Below, piece after piece: positions 56,656-64,000 of a stretch of DNA of 64,000 bases. The position numbers and the translations under genes are program-made. Location of the stretch: NCBI GenBank assembly GCA_016235455.1, contig JACRKZ010000032.1, forward strand, positions 13,639 through 77,638, written 5' to 3'. The notes beneath the pieces are model-generated. The model did no database searches and was not told where the DNA came from. It saw only the letters and a program-made list of their open reading frames with translations. Numbering within the stretch: position 1 is the stretch's first letter; every line of letters starts with the position of its first letter. Source of the stretch: Armatimonadota bacterium. Lineage in GTDB: Bacteria; Armatimonadota; UBA10988.

Positions 56656-59600
56656 TTATTGCGCCGCCTTCAGGCGAATGGCGATCCCCACCCATGGTCG
56701 GCGCCGCCAGCGCCAGACACGGTGCTTGGTGGCGATGGAGTCGCGGACAGCCCCCAGCCCGGCCCTCCCCGCGAGCGGGGAGGGAGTCAGTGCACCGTCC
56801 CCCCACAGCGGCCGCACGCCCAGCGCCTCCAGGCCCGGGTAGTCGGGGTCGGGCATGGCCCGGACCTCTTCCTCGCCCAGGTACGGGCAATTGACGTCAA
56901 TCCAGGTGATCAGCGCTTCCAGGCTCTGCGGGTCGAGTGTGACGCCGTGGTGCTGGCCGCTCATCAGCAGCCGGACCAGCGGGCTGGCATAGGACAGGCT
57001 CTTGAGCGGCGGCGCGGTGACGTAGCTGGCGGGGTCGCTCTGGGCGTAGTTCTCACAGAGCAGCGCGCCGGCCAGGCCCGACATGACCAGGCTGACATAG
57101 GGCTCACGGTACACGCCCGACGGCTTGACGGTCAGGTCGAGCTTGGCCCGGCCTTCGCCCGTGCCCGTGTGGCAGCGGCCGCAGTAGCGCGAGAGCACCG
57201 GCTGCACCTGCTTGTTGTAGCTGACGGTGCCCGTGCCCCACGACGGCGGCGTGAGCTGCCGGGGAGCACGCAGCAGCGCCTCGGCGCGGCTGCTGACGGG
57301 GGCTTTGCTGTGCCGCTCGTGGCAGCCGACGCAGCCGCGCTTCTCGCCCGGCATGAGCCCGGTGAAACTGCGCATGGTCTGGAGCGCGCGACCACGGTCG
57401 TCGAGCAGTTGCAGGTGCAGGGCTTTGCCCGCGGGCGCCTCGAAGCTCACCGAGCCGTCGGCCTCCACCGGCACCGTGCCCAGCACGCGCTTCAAGCCGT
57501 CCTCTTGGAAACACGACACGCTCGGCCCCGAGAAGCGGGAGTCGCGCGTCCACTGCGTGTAGGTCTTGGGCACCATCTCGACCAGGCGCACGGCGGCGAC
57601 CTTGCCCTTCAGCTCCGGCACGCCCTGGGTCACGTCGGCGCTGTAGAACACGCCCGGCGCGGTCTCGGCGCGTTCGGCGCCGTGGCCCGGCCAGATGACG
57701 CGGTCGGGAATGACGGGTGGCTTGACTCGACTGCGCACGGGTATGGCGTGCCAGATGTGGTTCGTGGCCGGATAGAGCAGTTCGCGGTTGCCGTCGGCGT
57801 CCATCAGGTAGAGGTCGAAGCGGTCGACGTCGGCGCGCCTGGCCGAGACCATGAAGTCCTGCTCGTTGAGCGGGTACGGCGTCTTGTAGGAGGCGAACGC
57901 ACCGGACGTGTGGTAGTCGGCGGACTCGACCGGATCGCTCGGCGGCGGGCCGCACTCGGGCCACGGCGTCTCGGCCGTCACCTTGGTCAGGCCGAGGGGG
58001 AAGTTGTCACCCTGGGCCGGATCGATGATGCCGACACTGCCGGCAAACCAGTCGTGGTGGGCCAGCCCGCAGAACATGACCCGGCGGCTACCCGGAATGG
58101 CGCGCGGCTCGGCCAAGTGGTCTGGCCAGACGCTCTGGTTGCCCCAGAAGGTGTTGTGCGCGGTGCCGTCGGGGTTGGCCGTCCACAGGCTCTGGATGCG
58201 CCACAGCGCCTTATCGGTGTACTCCCAGCGCGAGTAGATGAGCCGGCCGTCGTTAAGCAGCGACGGGCACCAGTCGGGCTCGCTGTTATGGCTGGTCAGG
58301 TAGATACCCGAGCCATCGCCCTCGCACCGGGCCAGCGTGTAGGAGAAGGTGTAGGGCATGCACCGCACGTAGGTGTTGCAGCGCGTGGTGGTGAAGGTGA
58401 TGTGCCCGTCGGGCAGGTAGATCGGGTCCAGGTCGTCGTACGGGCCGCTGGTCAACTGCCGCGGCGCGCCGCCGTCGAGCCCCATCTCATAGAGGTGGAA
58501 GCTGGGCTCGTTGTGCGGCTTGTAGCAGTACAGCACCCTTTGGCCGTCGAACGACAGGTCGGGCCGCCAGAACGCGCCGGGCTGCTCGGGTGCGAGCTGG
58601 CGCAGCTTGCCATCGGGCCCCAGCCCGTCGAGCACCAGCAGCCGTCCGCCGGGGACTGCCATCATGCCATCGCGGTGGCGTGCCTGATGCCGCCATTCCG
58701 CGCCGGCCGGATAGGGCTGGTCGATGAACAGCACCGAGCCGAAATCGACCGCCGGGTTGGCCAGCAGGATGCGCCGCTTGACGTCGCGCACGGCCAGGTA
58801 GAACTCGCGTGCCGGGCCTTCGCTTGCATCCGTGGTGCTACCCAGCGCGGCGCGGCCGGCCTCATACTCGCTGTGGATCTCATCGGCCGACAGAGCGCGG
58901 TCGAAGAACGCCAGCTCATCGAGCGCGCCGGTGAAGCTGGGCCCGCCGGACGCCTGCCGACCGGCCACCAGCAGCGGCTTGTCGGCCGCGCTGACCCGGC
59001 CCACCAGCGCCGCCTCGGCGTCGAGCCGGCCGTCGACGTACACCGACAGCTTCTTGCCGTCGGCCGCCATGGCGATATGGTGCCAGCGACCGTCGGCCAC
59101 CGGCGTCTTGCCGTCGACCGCATTCGGCCCTTGGTCGGTCCACTGATGAGCACGTACCACGCCGCGGTAGCTCATCAGCAGCAGGCAGCCGTCGACGGTG
59201 CCGTTGCCCAGCACGTCGGCTTCCTGCGAGGTGGTGCGGATCCAGGCCCAGGCCGTGTAGCTGCCCTTCACACAGGCCGACAGCGACGCGCCGAGGTCGC
59301 CCGTCACGCCGCCACTGAGCGCGGCCGCACGCCCGTAGACGCCCGGCACGCTGGCCACCCGACCTGACCAGCGCGCATCGAGGCCAGCGCCCGACAGGTC
59401 GCGCGCGACAACGCCGGTGGGCTCATCGAAGCCCAGCCGCAACCGTTGGCCCGCTGCCGGCCGGTAGCCCTCGCGCGCGGCGGCCGCCTGCCCGCCGCCG
59501 AGCCCGGCGTACCTGGCTTCGAGGTTGGCCAGCTCGGCCCGCGGCGCGGCCAGACTGAGCTGCGCGTGTTGCGACTCCAGCCGGTCGGCCAACGCGCGCG

Positions 59601-59805
59601 CCCAGACGATCTCCTGCCGCGCCCGCAGCGCCAGCGGCCAGCCCTCGGCCTGGTAGAGCCAGTCATCGACCAGCGCCTGCCGCGCTTGCGCCGGTGACAG
59701 CGAACGCGTGGGCGGAGTCACCGGATTGTCGACGCGGGGAGCGACCTCGCTGGGCAGGGCCCACGCCGCCGCACTGCAGACCAACAGCCAGGCCAACCGA
59801 CGCAT
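56656..59805 (-). CDS. secreted HzsA-related (hydrazine synthase alpha-like) beta-propeller protein with LamG domain and two c-heme motifs
   Basis: Signal MRRLAWLLVCS; LamG (DGRWHHI, FTGALDELAFF); DLDPIYLPDG, YSRWEY, RVLGTVPVEADGS, QTMRS, CVGCH, CGRCH, WIDVN. Confidence 0.85.
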   Translation of the reverse strand: MRRLAWLLVCSAAAWALPSEVAPRVDNPVTPPTRSLSPAQARQALVDDWLYQAEGWPLALRARQEIVWARALADRLESQHAQLSLAAPRAELANLEARYAGLGGGQAAAAREGYRPAAGQRLRLGFDEPTGVVARDLSGAGLDARWSGRVASVPGVYGRAAALSGGVTGDLGASLSACVKGSYTAWAWIRTTSQEADVLGNGTVDGCLLLMSYRGVVRAHQWTDQGPNAVDGKTPVADGRWHHIAMAADGKKLSVYVDGRLDAEAALVGRVSAADKPLLVAGRQASGGPSFTGALDELAFFDRALSADEIHSEYEAGRAALGSTTDASEGPAREFYLAVRDVKRRILLANPAVDFGSVLFIDQPYPAGAEWRHQARHRDGMMAVPGGRLLVLDGLGPDGKLRQLAPEQPGAFWRPDLSFDGQRVLYCYKPHNEPSFHLYEMGLDGGAPRQLTSGPYDDLDPIYLPDGHITFTTTRCNTYVRCMPYTFSYTLARCEGDGSGIYLTSHNSEPDWCPSLLNDGRLIYSRWEYTDKALWRIQSLWTANPDGTAHNTFWGNQSVWPDHLAEPRAIPGSRRVMFCGLAHHDWFAGSVGIIDPAQGDNFPLGLTKVTAETPWPECGPPPSDPVESADYHTSGAFASYKTPYPLNEQDFMVSARRADVDRFDLYLMDADGNRELLYPATNHIWHAIPVRSRVKPPVIPDRVIWPGHGAERAETAPGVFYSADVTQGVPELKGKVAAVRLVEMVPKTYTQWTRDSRFSGPSVSCFQEDGLKRVLGTVPVEADGSVSFEAPAGKALHLQLLDDRGRALQTMRSFTGLMPGEKRGCVGCHERHSKAPVSSRAEALLRAPRQLTPPSWGTGTVSYNKQVQPVLSRYCGRCHTGTGEGRAKLDLTVKPSGVYREPYVSLVMSGLAGALLCENYAQSDPASYVTAPPLKSLSYASPLVRLLMSGQHHGVTLDPQSLEALITWIDVNCPYLGEEEVRAMPDPDYPGLEALGVRPLWGDGALTPSPLAGRAGLGAVRDSIATKHRVWRWRRRPWVGIAIRLKAAQ
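56751..56786. repeat. REP-like palindromic element (CCCTCCCCGC-GA-GCGGGGAGGG)
   Basis: 10-bp stem preceded by CCCCCAGCCCGG; resembles the widespread 'PSPLAGEG' palindromic repeats. Confidence 0.55.
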
Positions 59806-59813
59806 CACGTACC

Positions 59814-62800
59814 TCACTGCGCGACCAGCACGCGGAAGCCCACATCGAACACACGACGATAGGCGGGATAGGAGCGGCGCGACGCGGCGCGCGCGCGCTG
59901 CGGCGGGTCGTACCAGGAGCCGCCGCGCACCGCCTTCGCCGACCCGGCGGTCTCGTCGGCCGTGGGGTGCGGGCCGTAGGCCGAACGCGTCCACTCCGCC
60001 ACGTTGCCGTGCATATCGCACAAGCCCCAGGCGTTGGGTTGGTAGCTACCCACCGGCGCGCTGACGCGATAGACCGCGTGGAGCGTCGCGTCGGCCAGGT
60101 TGGCCAGCTTGCCGAAGTCGGTGTCGACACCGCCGAACGACAGCGCCGTGCGGCTGCCGGCGCGGCAGGCATACTCCCACTCGGCCTCGCTCGGCAGGCT
60201 GACCGTCGCGCCGGTGAGCTTTGACGCCCAGCGGCAGAAGGCCATGGCCCGGTCCCACGAGACGCGCACCACGGGCTGGGTCGGCCCGTTGGTCGGCCAG
60301 CCGCGCTCGGCGATGCCGAACTGCAGGTACTCGCCCGTCTCCAGCCGGCTGTCATGCTCCACGTCGAACCGCGCGAACTGCGCGTTGCTCACCTCGCAGC
60401 GGCCCAGCCAGTAGGGCTGCGCGATGCGCACCAGCCGCGGCGGACCCTCGTCAGGGAAGGTGCCGCCCTCGCCCATGAGGTACTCGCCGGCCGGTACCTT
60501 GACCAGTTCCAGGCTGACCCCGCCGCCCAGATCGAGGCTGCGCGTCTGGCCCGTCGCCGCCGCCGGCGCGGCCGGCACGGGCAAGGCCGCCATCTGGTCG
60601 CGCACGATCGCGGCCGGGTCGGCAGCCACCTGCTTGGGTGCCTTGTAGCTGACCGGATAGATGGCCTCGGGATCCTCATCGCGGCCGGCGTACTTGGTGA
60701 ACATGGCGCGGCGCTTGTCGCGGAAGTCTGTGACCATCTTGGCGCCGACGATGTCGGCCCACGTGCCGTGCGCCGGCGTGTTCAGGTCGATCCAGGTGAT
60801 CAGCCGGTCCCACGCCTCGGGCTCCAGGTTCACCCCGTGGTGGCCTTTGCGCAACATCTGCACCAGCCAGGTGGTGTCGGCGGCGAACTCGCCGGGCGTG
60901 AGCAGGTGGATGTCGCTCTCCATGGTGGCGTTGCGCACATAGCGCTTGAGCGACAGGTAGGACTGCGTGAAGTGGCTGCCAGAGCGATAGCCGTTGTCCG
61001 GCCCGGGCGGGTTGATCAGCGGCCCGTCGCGCAGGTCGGGCGCGGCCTTGTCGCCGTCGTGGCAACGAACGCAGTGCGCGTCGACCACGGGCTGCACCTC
61101 GCGCTGATAGGAGAAGCCGCGCGTCTCGCCGTAGAACGGGCGTATGTCTTCCGGCGGGGCCTTGAGCGCCTTGGGCTGCATGGGCTTGGCCGTCGCACCG
61201 TTCATCGGCGCATGGCAGCCAGTGCATGAGACGACCTCGCCGGGCATGCCGGTGAACCAACTGCGCATGAGCTGCAGCGCCTGGCCCCTGTCGTCCAGCG
61301 GCTGCACCGAGAGCGGCGTGTTGGCCGGAATGCGGAAGTACGCGGAGCCATCGTCGGCCACGGGCACGGTGCCCAACACGCGCTTGATGTCCCACGGTCC
61401 GTCGATGCCCACGCGGTTGATCTGGCCGCCCATGTTGTGGTAGGCGAAGTGGTAGCCGAACAGTCGCAGCGACTTCACCGTGCCGCGCGGCACACCTTGC
61501 AGGCCGGGTCCCTGGTAAACGTCGGCGATGTAGACCGTGGCGTCCTTGGCGTCCTTCTTGGTCGCGTCGGGCAGCACCGGTGGCGTGGCCGTCGGCTTGA
61601 GCGGCAGCGGCTCCAGCCAGGCGTAGCCGGGCTCCTCGCGCAGCAGCGTCATGTTGTCGAAGACGTCCGCCAGATAGAGCCCCCACGGGGCGTTGGGCGT
61701 AGGCTTGCAGGACACCAGGAAGTACTTGTCGCTGAGCGGGTACGGGTGCAGGAACTTGGGCCAGCTCGCGCCGGTCAGGCCGTCGAGGATGACCGGCTCG
61801 ACCTTCTTGCCCCAACCGGGGACGCGCTGAATGACGCCCTCGGCTTCGTGCCGACCGCGGGCGGCGTCGAACACCACCAACTCGCCCATGCGCGGGTTGT
61901 CGTGATGACCGCCCACCACACCGACGAACTTGCTGGTGCTGCCCGGGACGGGCCGCGCATAGAACATGGCGTTGGGCCAGTAGGAGCCGCTGCCATAGAA
62001 CTCGCCCTGGTTGGTGCCATCGGGCCGCATGGTGAACAGAATGCGCGATACAAAGTGCGGGATATCGGAGTATTCCCAGCGCAGATACAGGACCTTGCCG
62101 TCGGGCATGACCGTCGGGCACCAGTCGTGGTCCTGTTCGAAGGTCAGCTGGCGCACCGTACCGTCGGTCTCGCGGCGGTACAGGTTGGCCACATGGTCGC
62201 TGCCCTGCACGCAGGGCACGCCGGTGAACGGCGCCGTGGAGGTGAACATCACCGCCCCGTCGGGTAGCCAGCAGGCGTCGTAGTTGTCCACGGCCGGCTC
62301 ATCCACCGTCGGCAGGAGCTTGGCATCGCCATCGAGTGACTGCTGGTAGACCTGCCACCGGCCGTCCGGCCCCGGCATCGAGAACAGCACGCGGCGCGCG
62401 CCGAAGTCCAGGTCGACATCACCCACGAACTCGCCGTTCTCCGGCCGGTAGATGGTTGTCGGCGGCTCTTCGGCATCGCGCAGGCTGATCGAGACCAGTT
62501 CGTTGTCGTAGCCCCGGCGCGGCAGGCTGGAGTTGCTCTGCCAGTTGGTCGGCAGGCCCAGTTGTCCCGCGCCGCGCCGCACGGCCAGCAACTGGTCGAA
62601 GTCGAGCAGCGGGTTGGCCAGCATGGCCTCGCGCAGCGTCGCGGCCAACTCCATGGTCGGTTGCTGGCCCGCGGGCAGGGCCTCGAGCCGGGTCACCGCC
62701 TCGCGGTAGGCCGCGGCCTTCGGGTAGCGCTCACCAAAGGTGGCGGACAGGTCGTCTATGGCGCGCCGTAGCGCCGCCGCGTCGAACTTGGCGGTGGTGC

Positions 62801-63557
62801 GCATGGCGGCCAGCGCGGCCTTGGGGTCGGGCATGGTGCCCACCCACTGGCCGGCCGCCAGGTAGGTCAGCGCGTTGCGCGTCAACTGCTCCAGGTTGGC
62901 CCGGTGCGCGTTGTCGGCCAGCGCGTAGTAGGCCAGCCGCCAGCCCAGGTGGATGATGCGGCCCTTGCCGCAGGCGTGCTCGTTGAGCGGGTTCTCGCCG
63001 GCATCGGGATAGGCCGTGCCCAGGCGCAGCCCGGCCATGGGCCCACCACTGCCGTGGAAATCGCTGAACGCCGGGAAGCCCGCGCTGACCAGCAGGATCG
63101 GCTTGTCGGCCGGGAAGCCGTCGAACACCGGATGCTTGCCCACCGGTGTCACGCCGACCACGCTGCGGTCGCTGCCACCGGCACCGGTGCGCAGCGCCGC
63201 GGGCTCCAGGCCCAGGGCATTGAGCACCATGCCGGCCGTGCCCGTGAGCAGCAGGCCATGCCCTTCGCCGAGCCAGGCCTTCAACGCCTGACGCGACTTG
63301 GCGGTGAGCGCCGGCGCCAGGCCGGCATGCTCGCTGTGCCACCACAGCACCCGCAGGTCGGCCGGCAAGGCGCCCAGGTCGGGCACCGCGCGGCCACCGA
63401 AGACGCGCACGCCGAGATCGCGTGCCGCTGCTTCGCCCGCCGAGGGCTCGCTCTGAGTGACCACACCGAGCCCGGCGACCGGCTCCGCGGCCCGGCCGCG
63501 AGCGGGCAACAGGCACAGGCCAAGGGCCAGAATCAGCGCGCTGGGTAGGTGCCGCAC
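59814..63557 (-). CDS. secreted HzsA-related protein with N-terminal GATase-like domain, two c-heme motifs and C-terminal FGE-sulfatase (SUMF1) domain
   Basis: Signal peptide; NPLLDFD, YLRWEY, KRVLGTVPV, QLMRSWF, CTGCH, CVRCH, LPSEAEWEYACRAG, NAWGLCDMHGNVAEW, RGGSW, VGFRV. Confidence 0.88.
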   Translation of the reverse strand: MRHLPSALILALGLCLLPARGRAAEPVAGLGVVTQSEPSAGEAAARDLGVRVFGGRAVPDLGALPADLRVLWWHSEHAGLAPALTAKSRQALKAWLGEGHGLLLTGTAGMVLNALGLEPAALRTGAGGSDRSVVGVTPVGKHPVFDGFPADKPILLVSAGFPAFSDFHGSGGPMAGLRLGTAYPDAGENPLNEHACGKGRIIHLGWRLAYYALADNAHRANLEQLTRNALTYLAAGQWVGTMPDPKAALAAMRTTAKFDAAALRRAIDDLSATFGERYPKAAAYREAVTRLEALPAGQQPTMELAATLREAMLANPLLDFDQLLAVRRGAGQLGLPTNWQSNSSLPRRGYDNELVSISLRDAEEPPTTIYRPENGEFVGDVDLDFGARRVLFSMPGPDGRWQVYQQSLDGDAKLLPTVDEPAVDNYDACWLPDGAVMFTSTAPFTGVPCVQGSDHVANLYRRETDGTVRQLTFEQDHDWCPTVMPDGKVLYLRWEYSDIPHFVSRILFTMRPDGTNQGEFYGSGSYWPNAMFYARPVPGSTSKFVGVVGGHHDNPRMGELVVFDAARGRHEAEGVIQRVPGWGKKVEPVILDGLTGASWPKFLHPYPLSDKYFLVSCKPTPNAPWGLYLADVFDNMTLLREEPGYAWLEPLPLKPTATPPVLPDATKKDAKDATVYIADVYQGPGLQGVPRGTVKSLRLFGYHFAYHNMGGQINRVGIDGPWDIKRVLGTVPVADDGSAYFRIPANTPLSVQPLDDRGQALQLMRSWFTGMPGEVVSCTGCHAPMNGATAKPMQPKALKAPPEDIRPFYGETRGFSYQREVQPVVDAHCVRCHDGDKAAPDLRDGPLINPPGPDNGYRSGSHFTQSYLSLKRYVRNATMESDIHLLTPGEFAADTTWLVQMLRKGHHGVNLEPEAWDRLITWIDLNTPAHGTWADIVGAKMVTDFRDKRRAMFTKYAGRDEDPEAIYPVSYKAPKQVAADPAAIVRDQMAALPVPAAPAAATGQTRSLDLGGGVSLELVKVPAGEYLMGEGGTFPDEGPPRLVRIAQPYWLGRCEVSNAQFARFDVEHDSRLETGEYLQFGIAERGWPTNGPTQPVVRVSWDRAMAFCRWASKLTGATVSLPSEAEWEYACRAGSRTALSFGGVDTDFGKLANLADATLHAVYRVSAPVGSYQPNAWGLCDMHGNVAEWTRSAYGPHPTADETAGSAKAVRGGSWYDPPQRARAASRRSYPAYRRVFDVGFRVLVAQ

Positions 63558-63578
63558 AGGACGTCTCCGCTATGCGGC

Positions 63579-63607
63579 ATTATCGTTGCCCAGCGCGCCG
63601 AATTCAA
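63579..63607 (-). promoter_or_regulatory. sigma70 promoter of the HzsA-like operon
   Basis: TTGAAT-17 nt-GATAAT. Confidence 0.5.
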
Positions 63608-63620
63608 GCCGCGCGTGCAA

Positions 63621-63974
63621 CTAACTGACCGACGCCGTGACGTCGATGCGCTCGTTGCGCTCCTCGGGCAACATGAGCAGACCCGCGCCACGCAGAATGG
63701 CGCGCATCTCCTCCCAGGCCCCGGAGCGCTTCCAGCGCTGGAGCGTGCGATGGACCGAGCTGTCGTCGCCGAACTGCCGAGGCAGCCGGTTCCAGCAACA
63801 ACCGGTGTGCAGGTGGTACAACACCCCGCTCAGCGCCAGCCGTTGCGCAATGCGCTTGCGGCCAGTGATGCGCGGTGGGTCGTAGCGGTGCAAGACGTCC
63901 TGGCAGCTCTCCCAGATCTCGTCGGGGATCTGCCAGCACATCAGATCAAGATGCAACGTGCCATTCGTAACCAC
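63621..63974 (-). mobile_element. IS5-family transposase N-terminal (DUF4096) fragment, no DDE domain
   Basis: IPDEIWE, GRKR, GVLYHLHTGCCWNRLPRQFGDDSSVHRTLQRWKRSGAWE; no catalytic ORF follows. Confidence 0.75.
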
Positions 63975-64000
63975 GTTCGCCCCCTTTGTTAGCGGAACGT

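Noticed and set aside
56656-63557. Anammox hydrazine synthase
   Set aside because: No hzsB/hzsC or hao in the window, and the extra LamG/FGE domains match the non-anammox HzsA-related group.

Overview
High-GC bacterial chromosomal window. A diderm Terrabacteria lineage such as Armatimonadota is inferred from the gene mix, not proven. It holds about 48 CDS. Most are secreted carbohydrate-active or unknown proteins (GH16, GH29, GH116, GH4, two clan GH-A enzymes, a DUF4091/GH123-like protein, heparinase II/III, an arylsulfatase). The rest are housekeeping genes (lipA, hflX, aroQ, M24 peptidase, menG, polyprenyl synthase, PHP histidinol phosphatase), dsbD, an OmpR/CusRS-like two-component pair and nrfHA. 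No rRNA, tRNA, CRISPR array or intact mobile element was seen. The most unusual signals are: (1) a translationally coupled operon of a strongly divergent LpxB-like glycosyltransferase and a FIST-GAF-GAF protein whose histidine-kinase module keeps the His but has lost the ATP-binding boxes (21.5-25.6 kb); (2) a ~210-nt structured RNA with its own sigma70 promoter and terminator upstream of an XRE-HTH/TPR (RRNPP-like) regulator and a lipoprotein (37.6-40.4 kb); (3) a beta-class DNA methyltransferase next to a DUF6946-like PD-(D/E)XK protein; (4) a tandem pair of hydrazine-synthase-alpha-like diheme proteins; (5) a CXXCH-type NrfA. All family calls come from motif recognition by eye; no database search was run.
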